Shown one piece after another: positions 26,825 to 36,368 of a stretch of 64,000 nt of DNA (the first letter of the stretch is position 1; each line of letters starts with the position of its first letter). The stretch is taken from assembly GCA_963765205.1 (NCBI GenBank), contig CAVXVB010000011.1, positions 32,001 to 96,000 of the forward strand, read 5' to 3'. Below the pieces are notes generated by a model that was not told the DNA's origin, searched no databases, and saw nothing but the letters and a program-made list of their open reading frames with translations. This DNA comes from an uncultured Verrucomicrobiae bacterium. Lineage in GTDB: Bacteria > Verrucomicrobiota > Verrucomicrobiia > Opitutales > JABDGR01. The position numbers and the translations under genes were made by a program.

Positions 26825-29233
26825 TTAATTCCCCGCCTTGTTCAAGGCCGCCTGCAGCGCGGCGAGGTTGCCTTTGGCGTCTGCGTAGTCCGGGTCAATC
26901 CGGAGCGCATTCTGGTAGTGGACCAATGCTTCGGTGTAGCGTTTTTCCTCGACCAGCACGCTGCCCAGGTTGTTTTCCGCCTCCTCGTAATCCGCGTCAA
27001 TTTGCAGGGTGCGGCGCAATTCCTTTTCCGCGTCGGCCAGCCGCCCCGTCGCGTCCGCCCCGGCCGCTTTGCTGTTCTTCAAGTAATATGTCCCGAGGTT
27101 AAAGTGCGCGTCCGCGAAATCTGGCTTCAGCTTGATGGCGGCTTGATAGGCCGCCTCGGCCTCCGGGCCGCGGTTGAGTTTGAACAGCACACTGCCCAGA
27201 CTATTTTCAGCTTCCGCATAGTCCGACCGGAGGGTGACGGCCTGGGTGAACTCCGTCACCGCCTGGTCGTCTTGCCCGAGGGTGGCCAGGTGGGTGCCGT
27301 AGAGATAATGTGCTTCGGCGTCGTCGGGCGCAATCCGCAAGGCTGCGGCATCCTCCGTGATTGCGCGCGCGGTCAAATCCTCGGTGGCGTAGGCGACCGC
27401 GAGTTTTTTGTGAATGTCCGCGTCCGTCGCGCCCAAGGCGACGACTTTATTGTAAGTGGTGACGGCGTCCGCCGCGCGGTCGTCCTTGACCAGCGCATCG
27501 CCGTAATCCGTCAGAGTCTGCGTATTTTTCGGGTCTAGCCTCAGGGCTGCTTCCAGCGGTTCGAGCGCCTTTTCCGCCTCGCCGAAATGCAAGTAAGCCG
27601 AGCCGAGCGACGCCTGGGCATCGGCATAATCCGGGTCGTATTCCACCGCGTCTTGAAATTCCGCCAGCGCCCCGTTCCAATCGCTGTCATTCAGATACGC
27701 GCAGCCCAGGTTGTAATGCGACTGGTCGTCCGTGTAATCAATCCGCAACGCCGTCCGAAACTCGGCGATCGCCGAGGCGTTGTCCCCCAGGCGGATGTAG
27801 CACAGGCCGAGGTTGTCGTGGGCGTCACCGTAATCCGGCTTGATGCGAATGGCGGCCTTAAACTCCGGAATGGCGTCCTGGTAGCGCTCCAGCCCGATGA
27901 GCACCCAGCCGCGGTTGTAATGGGCGCGTTCGCTGTTGGGGACTTCCTGCGCGGTGACGGTCCAGATGCTTAATTCCGAGGCGTAATCCTTGTTGCGCAC
28001 AAATGCGACCGCCGCCAGCAGCAGCGCAAGCGCGCCCAGCGGCAGGTAGCTGTTTCGCCCCGCCCATACATACGCGCCGAGCACCACGAGGATGACGAAT
28101 GGCACCAGTGGCAGATACATCCGGTGCTCGGCCATCGTCTGCGTGGTCAGCGGCACAATGCTCGAACTTGGCGCCAGAATCATGAAAATCCACGCCCCTG
28201 TCAAACCCAGCATGGGCCGCTTCCACAACGCCCAGAGCGTCGCCCCGACCAACCCCGCCAATACCAGCGCCTGCCACCACACTTTGGAAAAATCTTTAAT
28301 CACATCCACCCCGTAATCCATCACCAGCGGATGGGGCCAGAACGCCAGAGCGAAATAATGCACCACCGCCTGGCATTGCTTCAACGCGTAGGACCACGGG
28401 GTCATGTCGAGGTTGAAGCCGACCGTGCCCCCGCGCTGGCCCGCCGAGTAAATCAGCACCCCGAGCAACGCCCAACTGCTCATCATCAGGCCGTAAAAGA
28501 CCCGCCGTTGCCCCCACGCCGCGCGGAACGAGCCTGCCACAAACGTCCGGTCATACAGCAGGATGAAAATCGGCGCGGAAAACATCAGTTCCTTCGCCGC
28601 CACGCCGAAGTAGCACGCCGCCACCGCTCCCGCCTGCCACCACCGCGTTCGCGTCGAGTCCGTCGAGCGGATGAAGCAATACAGCGCCAGCAGGTAAAAA
28701 ATCCCCACCATCGCCTCGTTGCGCTGGATCACGCACGTCACCACTTCGCTTAACAACGGATGCGCCGCCCAGATCAAGGCGATGAAAAAGGCCAGTCCGA
28801 ACGCATCTTTGCCAAACCGCGGCGCCAGCGCCGGCTGCAACAGCGTCCGCCGCATCACCCCCAGCAACACCCATGCGGCCAGGATGTGGAAAATGATGTT
28901 GAACACATGGTAATTCTCGACCGCCAGCCCGTTGTGGTCTTTCGACAGGCTCTGGGCGATCTGATAATTCACCGCCAGCGACAGGTTCACCAGCGGCCGG
29001 CCCAGCGCCCCCGCGACATGCACGTTGGGCGGCGACAGCGCCTGCCAGGGCGGCCACAGCTTGGTAATGCTGTCGTTTTCGGTGATGGCCTCCCGGTCGT
29101 CGAAATAGAACGCCACGTGCAGGGTGTTGCTATACGCCAACGCCACCACCAGCGCGATGATGAGGCCGGCGAGGATAAATTTCAGGCGGCTGGCGCCGTC
29201 CGGCGGGGGCACGGCTGCGGTTGGGCTTTGCAT
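26825..29233 (-). CDS. TMTC-like GT-C glycosyltransferase with TPR array
   Basis: YSNTL..FYFDDREAI..N, RPLVNLSLAVNY, YHVFNIIFH, AHPLLSEVV, KE, AEHRMYLP, then about 10 TPRs (AHYNRG, AHDNLG, SHYNLG, AENSLG, AHFNLG, AENNLG). Confidence 0.85.
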   Translation of the reverse strand: MQSPTAAVPPPDGASRLKFILAGLIIALVVALAYSNTLHVAFYFDDREAITENDSITKLWPPWQALSPPNVHVAGALGRPLVNLSLAVNYQIAQSLSKDHNGLAVENYHVFNIIFHILAAWVLLGVMRRTLLQPALAPRFGKDAFGLAFFIALIWAAHPLLSEVVTCVIQRNEAMVGIFYLLALYCFIRSTDSTRTRWWQAGAVAACYFGVAAKELMFSAPIFILLYDRTFVAGSFRAAWGQRRVFYGLMMSSWALLGVLIYSAGQRGGTVGFNLDMTPWSYALKQCQAVVHYFALAFWPHPLVMDYGVDVIKDFSKVWWQALVLAGLVGATLWALWKRPMLGLTGAWIFMILAPSSSIVPLTTQTMAEHRMYLPLVPFVILVVLGAYVWAGRNSYLPLGALALLLAAVAFVRNKDYASELSIWTVTAQEVPNSERAHYNRGWVLIGLERYQDAIPEFKAAIRIKPDYGDAHDNLGLCYIRLGDNASAIAEFRTALRIDYTDDQSHYNLGCAYLNDSDWNGALAEFQDAVEYDPDYADAQASLGSAYLHFGEAEKALEPLEAALRLDPKNTQTLTDYGDALVKDDRAADAVTTYNKVVALGATDADIHKKLAVAYATEDLTARAITEDAAALRIAPDDAEAHYLYGTHLATLGQDDQAVTEFTQAVTLRSDYAEAENSLGSVLFKLNRGPEAEAAYQAAIKLKPDFADAHFNLGTYYLKNSKAAGADATGRLADAEKELRRTLQIDADYEEAENNLGSVLVEEKRYTEALVHYQNALRIDPDYADAKGNLAALQAALNKAGN

Positions 29234-29273
29234 GGGGTGGGGGAGACTATCTATAAGAGCAGGGAAACCCCGC

Positions 29274-30020
29274 GTGAACAAAATAAATTCAACTTCCGCC
29301 GGCCGGGCCGTTTTCAGCGGGGTCTTGCTCCTCGCCGCCTGCGCCCGGCCCGCCGCCCCCGCGCCCGCCCTCGACCCCCGCTTTGCGGCCGGCCCCGTGC
29401 TCTACGCCGACGATTTCCTCCACGGCCTCGCTCAATGGGTGCCGGAATTGGAAAAGGGCGGCCAGGTCGCCGCGCAGGACGGCCGCCTCGAAATCAACGT
29501 CCCCGCCGGCTGCACGGTCTGGTTCCAGCCCGAACTCACCGGCCCGGTGCTGATTGAATACGACGCGACCGCTCTCCAGGCCGGCGGCCCCAACGACCGC
29601 GTCAGCGACCTCAACTGCTTCTGGATGGCGCAGGACATCCGCCGCCCCGGCGATCTGCTCGGCCTGCGCCGCACCGGCCAGTTCGAGGATTACAACCAGC
29701 TCCTCTGTTACTACGTCGGCCAGGGCGGCAACTCGAACACCACCACCCGCTTCCGCCGCTACATCGGCAGCCCCGACACCCGCCCCCTCCTTCCCGAGGA
29801 CGATCTGAGCGCGCCTGAATTTCTTCTCACCCCCAACGCCCGCCAGCACCTTCAACTCGTGGCGGATGGCGGCCTTATCCAGTATTACCGCGACGGCCGC
29901 AAAATTTTCGAGTTCCACGACCCCGCCCCCTACACCCACGGCTGGTTCGCCCTCCGCACCACCCAGAACCACATGATCGTCGAGAATTTTGTCGTCCGGC
30001 GGCTCATTCCGAAAAGATGA
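29274..30020 (+). CDS. Lipoprotein, DUF6250/YesU-like (ConA-like beta sandwich)
   Basis: Lipobox LAAC; RVSDLNCFWMA, YYVGQGGNSNTTTRFRRY, GWFALRT; GTG start assumed. Confidence 0.7.
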   Translation: MNKINSTSAGRAVFSGVLLLAACARPAAPAPALDPRFAAGPVLYADDFLHGLAQWVPELEKGGQVAAQDGRLEINVPAGCTVWFQPELTGPVLIEYDATALQAGGPNDRVSDLNCFWMAQDIRRPGDLLGLRRTGQFEDYNQLLCYYVGQGGNSNTTTRFRRYIGSPDTRPLLPEDDLSAPEFLLTPNARQHLQLVADGGLIQYYRDGRKIFEFHDPAPYTHGWFALRTTQNHMIVENFVVRRLIPKR

Positions 30021-30136
30021 AGGATGAAGGATGGCACGGAAATTTTCTCGTAATAATTCAAGAAGAAATAGGGAATGAAAAAACTAAATGGACGTGAGCC
30101 GTTTTTTTCATCCTTCATCCCTCATCCTTCATCCTT
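30015..30136. repeat. Inverted pair of heptamer tracts (GGATGAA)n...(TTCATCC)n between convergent genes
   Basis: Left arm 30015-30035 contains the lipoprotein stop; right arm 30107-30136 contains the RHH gene stop. Confidence 0.85.
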
Positions 30137-30316
30137 TTTCTTCCACCGCTGCCCCACCGCCTGGCGCAACAGATATTCAATCTGCCCGTTCGTGCTCCGC
30201 AGTTCCGCCTGCGCCCACGCCTCCAGCTCCCGCATCAAATCCGGGCTGACGCGCAGGAGGAAGGCCTTGCGGGCTTCCTCCGGCGCGGGTTGGCTCTGGT
30301 TGCCGGTTTTAGTCAT
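30122..30316 (-). CDS. Arc/ribbon-helix-helix DNA-binding protein
   Basis: [39 protein letters not shown]; directly downstream of the SPFH gene. Confidence 0.85.
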   Translation of the reverse strand: MTKTGNQSQPAPEEARKAFLLRVSPDLMRELEAWAQAELRSTNGQIEYLLRQAVGQRWKKKDEG

Positions 30317-30456
30317 GGCAGGTTGGATTGCCCCACCGCCCTTGCGGGCCAGGGGAACCTTGTCGAGGGTTGCAGGCATTTATTGAGTTGTGGATGTTGG
30401 ACTGGCGTGGATTTTATCTTCTAGTTTCCGGCTCCTGACTTCTGAATTCTGACTCC

Positions 30457-31398
30457 TTAATTATACAGCGTCCCCGTGTTAATCACCGGCTGCGCATTCG
30501 ATTCGCCGCACAACACCACCAGCAGGTTGCTCACCATCGCGGCGCGCCGCTCGTCGTCCAGATGTACCACCTTGCGCTCGGACAGCTCTGTCAGCGCCAT
30601 CTCGACCATGCTCACCGCGTTCTGCACGATGATCTTGCGCGCGGACACGACGGCCTGCGCCTGCTGGCGGCGCAGCATCGCCTCGGCGATTTCCGGGGCG
30701 TAGGAAAGGTGCGAAATGCGCGCCTCATCCACCAGCACCCCCGCCTTGTTCAGCCGCTCCTGCAATTCGCGCAAGAGCGCGGCGGAGACGGCCTCGCCGC
30801 CCCCGCGCAGCGTGATTTCGTCCTTAGTGTCCGTCGTTTCGCCTAGGTCGTAGGCATAGGAACTGGCCAGGTGCCGCACTGCCGACTCGCTCTGGATGTT
30901 TACGTAGCGGTTGTAGTCGGCCACGTCGAACTTCGCCTGCGCCGTGTCCGCCACGCGCCAGACCACGACGGCCGCAATCTCAATCGGGTTGCCGTGCTTG
31001 TCGTTCACCTTCAGCTTCTCCGAGTTGAGATTATACGCGCGCAGCGACATCTTGGTGAACTTCGCGTAGAACGGATTGGCCCACCAGAAGCCGCTCTGGC
31101 GCACCGTTCCCTTATACGCGCCAAACAAAATCAGCAGCCGCGCCTCGTTGGGCTGGAGCGTGAAGAAGCCGCCCAGCAGGAAGAAGAACGCGATCATAAC
31201 CAGCACGCCGGCGAAGACCAGCACGACCTGCAGCACGTTCATTGGGTAGTGGGTGCCGAGGGGCGTGCTGATGGCGGCGAAGACGAAAAGCGCGATGCCG
31301 CCGCACAGCAGCAGCAGATTGAAGCCCAGCATGGCAAAGCCATTCATGGCGTCCGTCGGGATTTCCCGGCTGGGAATCGAGGGTGTGGGAGGATTCAT
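30457..31398 (-). CDS. SPFH (band 7/prohibitin) domain membrane protein
   Basis: Two N-terminal TMs; [45 protein letters not shown]. Confidence 0.92.
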   Translation of the reverse strand: MNPPTPSIPSREIPTDAMNGFAMLGFNLLLLCGGIALFVFAAISTPLGTHYPMNVLQVVLVFAGVLVMIAFFFLLGGFFTLQPNEARLLILFGAYKGTVRQSGFWWANPFYAKFTKMSLRAYNLNSEKLKVNDKHGNPIEIAAVVVWRVADTAQAKFDVADYNRYVNIQSESAVRHLASSYAYDLGETTDTKDEITLRGGGEAVSAALLRELQERLNKAGVLVDEARISHLSYAPEIAEAMLRRQQAQAVVSARKIIVQNAVSMVEMALTELSERKVVHLDDERRAAMVSNLLVVLCGESNAQPVINTGTLYN

Positions 31399-31455
31399 TT
31401 TTTGTTTTGGGTTTTGGGTTAGAGTGTCGGGTTTTGAGTTTCAAAAGAAAGTGAT

Positions 31456-32232
31456 TCAGCCTGCCAAGGCGGGTGAATTTTTTAGCCACAATTTTTCCGC
31501 GGCTTCCGCCAGGTCGCACACAAAATCCATTTTTTCCGCCAACCGGCCCGCGGCGGCGGCGCTAAAGAATCCCAGGGGAACCGCGTAGCGGGCTTCGCCC
31601 TCGGCGACGGTGACGATCGGCGTGTGGTGGAAGGGTCGGCGCACCGTCATGAGTTCGTCCTGAATTTTTCGGGTCACCAGTTCTCCCGCCCGCGCTGGCT
31701 GGTTTGATTTGACTGCGTAGGCTTCGTCGAACGACGGGTCCCCAAGAGGAAACGCGCGCAAGCGGAAATCATTCGAGCGAAAATCCTGCGGACGATAAGT
31801 GGCGTAGTTAAGCAGGGCACTCAGCATCCATCCCAGTTTAGGACGGACTTGGAGCCACAGCCCCGCGGGTTCCCGGCACGCCGCCGCCACCACCACCATG
31901 GACAGGTTGCCCCGCCAGTGCTCGGTGAAAAAGCGCACGGCGCGCCCCCGGTGCGTGCCTTCGCACACGCAGGTACGCTTGAAAAATTTCACCTCCCGGC
32001 GCGTTTGGAAACCCAATCCCTCCGCGAATCGCGCTAGTTTTTTTTGCGAGCGACGCCCTAACCAGATCCGCACGACATTCTTCACCTGCCCATGCACCAG
32101 ATAGACGATAAGTATCCCGAGCAACATGAACACCGCCAGCAGCCGGAATAAATCACCCAGATCCATCTTCGGGTTTGGGCCATAGAGTAAATAGATGAGC
32201 CAGACAAAGAGATTTTCGATGAAGGTTTTCAT
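31456..32232 (-). CDS. Hypothetical membrane-anchored protein, array paralog 4
   Basis: TM, then LGFQ, GTHRGRAVRFF, GDPSFDEAYAVKS, EGEARY, DFVCDLAE. Confidence 0.75.
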   Translation of the reverse strand: MKTFIENLFVWLIYLLYGPNPKMDLGDLFRLLAVFMLLGILIVYLVHGQVKNVVRIWLGRRSQKKLARFAEGLGFQTRREVKFFKRTCVCEGTHRGRAVRFFTEHWRGNLSMVVVAAACREPAGLWLQVRPKLGWMLSALLNYATYRPQDFRSNDFRLRAFPLGDPSFDEAYAVKSNQPARAGELVTRKIQDELMTVRRPFHHTPIVTVAEGEARYAVPLGFFSAAAAGRLAEKMDFVCDLAEAAEKLWLKNSPALAG

Positions 32233-32244
32233 GACAAGATTGTT

Positions 32245-32922
32245 TTACCCGCCTTTTTCAACGCGTTCGGCCACGCCGCAGACCAAGTCCCGCACGCCGG
32301 TGAGCGTCTCCGGAGCGACTTGGGCCGGGTTGCGAAACCCGCCCAGCAGCGGGTAGCGCACTTCGCCGTTTTCAATGTAGAGATTGGACATGCACTGCAG
32401 TTGCGCGTCGAGCGCGAGCAACCGGCTGCGGATTTCCGGCGACAACACCGCTTGCGCAATCAGCGGGTCGCTCGACTTCACGCAATAGGCCCGGTCAAAG
32501 GCTTCATCGCCGGTGGCAACGAGCGGCATTCGCGCTCGGACCATCCACCGGATCGCCACAAAATTGGGATAAAGGAAGAGACGAAACCCGTCCCGCCCCG
32601 CATAGGAAGCCGCCACGGCGATATTGGTCCGCCGTTTGTCGCCGATGCCCGCGTAATAGGCAAAAAAGCGCACGTTCCGCCCCCGGTGCCGGCCCGTGAC
32701 GCCCTGTTTGGCGGCCCCACCCCCGCCATCCTGTAATTGAAACCCCAGGCGTTCGGCGAGTAGTCGGTAGGTCTCGCGGAGTTTTCGTGCTTTCAATGAC
32801 AGCACAATCGCCACCACCAGCACCATTTGCCCGCTGATCAACAGCGCGACATTTACCGGCGACAGGGAGCCCGCCGCCAGGATTCCCCACGGCCTCGGCC
32901 AACTGAAAAGAGGCAGGTTCAT
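32245..32922 (-). CDS. Hypothetical membrane-anchored protein, array paralog 3
   Basis: TM, LAERLGFQ, GRHRGRNVRFF, TGDEAFDRAYCVKS, ENGEVRY, DLVCGVAE; ATGA overlap with the upstream paralog. Confidence 0.75.
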   Translation of the reverse strand: MNLPLFSWPRPWGILAAGSLSPVNVALLISGQMVLVVAIVLSLKARKLRETYRLLAERLGFQLQDGGGGAAKQGVTGRHRGRNVRFFAYYAGIGDKRRTNIAVAASYAGRDGFRLFLYPNFVAIRWMVRARMPLVATGDEAFDRAYCVKSSDPLIAQAVLSPEIRSRLLALDAQLQCMSNLYIENGEVRYPLLGGFRNPAQVAPETLTGVRDLVCGVAERVEKGG

Positions 32923-33599
32923 ATCTGTTTTGGGTTTCGAGCTGAAAGGGGAGAGCGGGCGCGGCTCGGTTCCCGGCATTTTTCGACTTGTTCCGCCAGG
33001 CTGCAGACCAAGTCCAGTCGGGCCACCAATATCTCCACGAGGCGCTGGTTACTGAAGCTTCCCTGCAAAGTATAACGCACTTCGCCTTTCTCGATGGCGA
33101 GCCGGCCCGAGAGTCCGCCGGGTTGTTGGCGGATGTCCAGCAATTCCCGGCGAATTTCGGGCGTCAGCAGAGTTCTGGCCGTGACCGGGTCGTTTGTCTT
33201 GAAGGAAAAGACTTGGTCGAAATCGGTGTCTTCGGTGAGCACCGGCTGCAGCCGCCCCCCGGCGAAGGAGGGGAGAAAGCTTAAGCTCCGGCGCAGGACG
33301 AAGCCGAGGCCGCCGACGTATTTGGCCGCAATCACGCTGTAAATTTGGCTGTTGTAAGGGGAGGGTTCGGTGTAGGTGAAAAAACTCACGTCCCGCCGGC
33401 GGTGTTGGCCTTCGACCCTCGGCAGATTCGTCGAAAGGCCGAGCACGCCGGGCTGGCGCACGATTTGAAAACCGAGCCGGTCCGCCAGCGCGGCCAGATT
33501 TTCCTGCGCGCGGCGCCACAGCCTAAACGTCAACCCGACTCCTGCGGCGAACAGGGCGATCACCACGAACGGCATAAAATTAGACATGGTATTATTCAC
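32919..33599 (-). CDS. Hypothetical membrane-anchored protein, array paralog 2
   Basis: TM, LADRLGFQ, GQHRRRDVSFF, TEDTDFDQVF, EKGEVRY, DLVCSLAE; alternative start 33587. Confidence 0.75.
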   Translation of the reverse strand: MNNTMSNFMPFVVIALFAAGVGLTFRLWRRAQENLAALADRLGFQIVRQPGVLGLSTNLPRVEGQHRRRDVSFFTYTEPSPYNSQIYSVIAAKYVGGLGFVLRRSLSFLPSFAGGRLQPVLTEDTDFDQVFSFKTNDPVTARTLLTPEIRRELLDIRQQPGGLSGRLAIEKGEVRYTLQGSFSNQRLVEILVARLDLVCSLAEQVEKCREPSRARSPLSARNPKQI

Positions 33600-34329
33600 G
33601 GAGAGGTTGATTCATGGCTGGGTGGGATGGGTGAGTTAAGGAGGCGTGGATGTTTTCGCCGCCTTTTTCTACCCGTTCAGCCAGGCCGCACACCAAGTCC
33701 AGCCGGGCCGCCAGAATTTCCACATGACGCTGATTGCTAAAGCGTCCATGCAAAGTATAGCGCACTTCGCCTTCTTCGATGTCGAGGCGACCCCTGAGTC
33801 CGCCTTCCCGGCGGACGTCCAGCAATTCCCAGCGGACTTCGGGGGTGAACAAGTTTTTGGCGGTGACCGGGTCGGTCGCCTTAAAGAAAAAGGCTTGGTC
33901 AAAATCAGCATCTTCAGTGATTACCGGCTGGAGTCCCCCGCCAGTAAAGAATCGAAAAGAATACAAGGGCCGATCCATGATGGCATGACGGTCTCCAACG
34001 TGCAGGATGAAGCCACCGTCTCCGGCGTATTTGGCCGCGACCACGATGGAGCCGGTTAGACTGTCCGCATTCCTCTTGCCAAAAAAACGCACGTCCCGCC
34101 CGCGATGCCGGCCTTCAATGGTCGGCAGTCGCGGAAAGATGTTAAATTCAGCCGGCAGGGGTTTGATTTGTAGGCCCGGCCGGCCCGCCAACGCGGCCAG
34201 GTTTTCCAGCGCGCGGGGCCGCGACCAAAACGCCAGCCCGAGGCCCGCGATGATCAGGATTGGCGGGATCGGCGACAACGCATCCAGCAAAACATGCAGA
34301 GTATGCAGAGTATACAGGATATAATGCAC
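33592..34329 (-). CDS. Hypothetical membrane-anchored protein, array paralog 1
   Basis: TM, GRHRGRDVRFF, TEDADFDQAF, EEGEVRY, DLVCGLAE; nucleotide-level similarity to paralog 2. Confidence 0.72.
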   Translation of the reverse strand: MHYILYTLHTLHVLLDALSPIPPILIIAGLGLAFWSRPRALENLAALAGRPGLQIKPLPAEFNIFPRLPTIEGRHRGRDVRFFGKRNADSLTGSIVVAAKYAGDGGFILHVGDRHAIMDRPLYSFRFFTGGGLQPVITEDADFDQAFFFKATDPVTAKNLFTPEVRWELLDVRREGGLRGRLDIEEGEVRYTLHGRFSNQRHVEILAARLDLVCGLAERVEKGGENIHASLTHPSHPAMNQPLRE

Positions 34330-34350
34330 GGGGACTTGCTTTATAGCAAA

Positions 34351-34378
34351 GTGATATCATACTGAAATCGCTTGTCAA
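34351..34378 (-). promoter_or_regulatory. Candidate sigma70 promoter with overlapping TGATATCA palindrome
   Basis: Exact TTGACA on the minus strand (34378-34373); perfect 8-bp palindrome TGATATCA at 34352-34359 in the -10 region. Confidence 0.5.
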
Positions 34379-34447
34379 GGGGCAAAATGCAAAAATTCAA
34401 ATAACGAATTTCGAATGACGAAACCTCCGGCCCCTTTGCCGGAATCT

Positions 34448-34555
34448 GCAACCCGCAACCCAGAACCCAGAACCCAGAACCAAGAACCCCAAGAACCCCA
34501 AGAACCCCAAGAACTACCGCACTTACCACCTGCAACCTGTAACTTGCAACTTACA
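34448..34555 (+). repeat. Compound 7-/9-bp tandem repeat upstream of the MCP gene
   Basis: GCAACCC x2, AGAACCC x2, AGAACCA, AGAACCCCA x3, then ACCACCT GCAACCT GTAACTT GCAACTT. Confidence 0.85.
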
Positions 34556-34587
34556 ATAGTTTCGCCAGCATAGAGCGTCGTCGCCCC

Positions 34588-35910
34588 ATGAAACTCCTCC
34601 TCCGCCACAAGGTCATCGGCCTCGCGCTCGTTTCGGCGCTCATCCCCGTGCTGGCCTTGTTGTTGCTGCTGAACTGGCAGGAGGGCGACATCCGCACCCT
34701 GGTCGATAGCCAGATCCAGCAGCAGGCGCACGGGAGTGTTGATGCGCAGGCGGCGCGCGACCAGTTGAACGCCGATTTTGCGACCCTGCGGGAGACGGTG
34801 CTGGTTGGCGCGCTCGTCATCCTCGGCGTCATCGGCGCGGCCGCGGCGTTCCTCGGCGGCCTCATCACCAAGCCCATTACGCTCGCCACCGGCGTCGCCC
34901 GCCGGATTGCCGACGGCGACCTCACCGCCGATGTCACCGGCTCCGGCGACGACGAAACCGGCCTGCTCCTCGCCGCCAACCGCGACATGGTTGCCAGCCT
35001 CAACCGCCTGCTCAGCCAGGTCAAAGGCTCCAGCCTCCAGCTCATTGCGACCGCGAACGAGATTTCCGCCGGCGCAAAAGTGCAGGAAACCACCGTGCAT
35101 GATTTCGGCGCCTCCACCAGCCAGATTGCCGCCGCCGTCCAGGAAATCTCCGGCACCGCGCAGGAACTGGTGGGCGCGATTGCCGGCGTCTCCGACCTCG
35201 CGCAAAACACCGCCACGCTCGCCGAAACCGGCGGCCAGCAGCTCAACGGCATGAAAGGCTCGATGCAAAACCTCGCCGCCTCGACTGCCTCAATTTCCCA
35301 AAAACTCGCCACCATCAGCGACAAGGCCCGCGCCATCACCACGGTCGTCACCACCATCACCAAAGTCGCCGACCAGACTAACCTGCTCTCGCTCAATGCC
35401 GCCATCGAGGCCGAGAAAGCCGGCGAATACGGCCTCGGCTTCGGCGTCGTCGCCCGCGAAATCCGCCGCCTCGCCGACCAGACCGCCGTCTCCGTCCTCG
35501 ACATCGAACACATGGTGGGCGAGATGCAGGCCGCCGTCTCCGCCGGTGTGATCGAAATGGAAAAATTCAGCGGCGAGGTCCGCGGCGGCGTCGGCGAAGT
35601 CGGCAGCCTCGGCGGCCGGTTCGCGACGATTTTGCACCAAGTGCAGTCGCTGCTTCCGCGTTTCGGTTTGGTCAAGGACGGCATTTCGGCCCAGTCGCGC
35701 GGCGCGCAGCAAATCAACGCCGCCATGGCCGGCCTCACCGACGGCGCGCGCCGCTCCGCCGAGTCGCTCCAGGAATTCGACCGCGCGGTCGCGAACCTCC
35801 ACGCCGCGGTCGAGGCTCTGCGCCGCGAAATCGCCCGCTTCAAAGTTTCCGACAACCGCGCCACCGGCCTGACCCAGATTATTTTCCCCGCAAAAAAACA
35901 GCCGCATTAA
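34588..35910 (+). CDS. Methyl-accepting chemotaxis protein, WspA-like, with very short periplasmic loop
   Basis: 2 [46 protein letters not shown]. Confidence 0.92.
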   Translation: MKLLLRHKVIGLALVSALIPVLALLLLLNWQEGDIRTLVDSQIQQQAHGSVDAQAARDQLNADFATLRETVLVGALVILGVIGAAAAFLGGLITKPITLATGVARRIADGDLTADVTGSGDDETGLLLAANRDMVASLNRLLSQVKGSSLQLIATANEISAGAKVQETTVHDFGASTSQIAAAVQEISGTAQELVGAIAGVSDLAQNTATLAETGGQQLNGMKGSMQNLAASTASISQKLATISDKARAITTVVTTITKVADQTNLLSLNAAIEAEKAGEYGLGFGVVAREIRRLADQTAVSVLDIEHMVGEMQAAVSAGVIEMEKFSGEVRGGVGEVGSLGGRFATILHQVQSLLPRFGLVKDGISAQSRGAQQINAAMAGLTDGARRSAESLQEFDRAVANLHAAVEALRREIARFKVSDNRATGLTQIIFPAKKQPH

Positions 35911-35945
35911 ATTAACCGTTGGCCGTTAAAATTCCGCCTCCTCTC

Positions 35946-36368
35946 ATGCTCGCCGTCCTCTTCAATTTGGGCGACCAACGCCGCGGCCTCGCGTCCGCCG
36001 TCGTCGAGCGGATCGTCCCTGCGCCGCCCGGGCGCGCCGCCCTTGGCGCGCCAGCCGCGTTCGACACGATAATCTATCACGGAGAAACCGTCCCCGTGAT
36101 TGACCTGGCCCGCCTCGCCGGCGGCCCGCCCGCGCGCCCGCAGTTGAGCACCCGTGTCATCCTTGTGCGCTATCCCAACTCCCGGTGCGCGCCGCGCCTG
36201 CTCGGCTTGCTCGCCGAACACGTTGACGAAGTCCGCCACCTCTCCGCCCCCGGCCCCGGCGGCCCCGCGCCCGGCGAGGCGCGCCTCCTCACCCTCCCGG
36301 AATTGCTCCCGCCCGATTTGCTCGCGCAAGTGTTCGGCCTCGCGGGCGCCGCCGCCCAGTCGCCATGA
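35946..36368 (+). CDS. cheW: CheW-family scaffold, WspB-like
   Basis: VPVIDL, STRVILVRY, LLGLLAEHV; follows the MCP. Confidence 0.75.
   Translation: MLAVLFNLGDQRRGLASAVVERIVPAPPGRAALGAPAAFDTIIYHGETVPVIDLARLAGGPPARPQLSTRVILVRYPNSRCAPRLLGLLAEHVDEVRHLSAPGPGGPAPGEARLLTLPELLPPDLLAQVFGLAGAAAQSP

Noticed and set aside
31456..34329. Diversity-generating retroelement behind the paralog array
   Set aside because: Differences are not adenine-specific, and no reverse transcriptase or template repeat is seen
34448..34555. Repeat arrays as a possible CRISPR
   Set aside because: Units are 7-9 bp and contiguous with no unique spacers; no cas genes in the window
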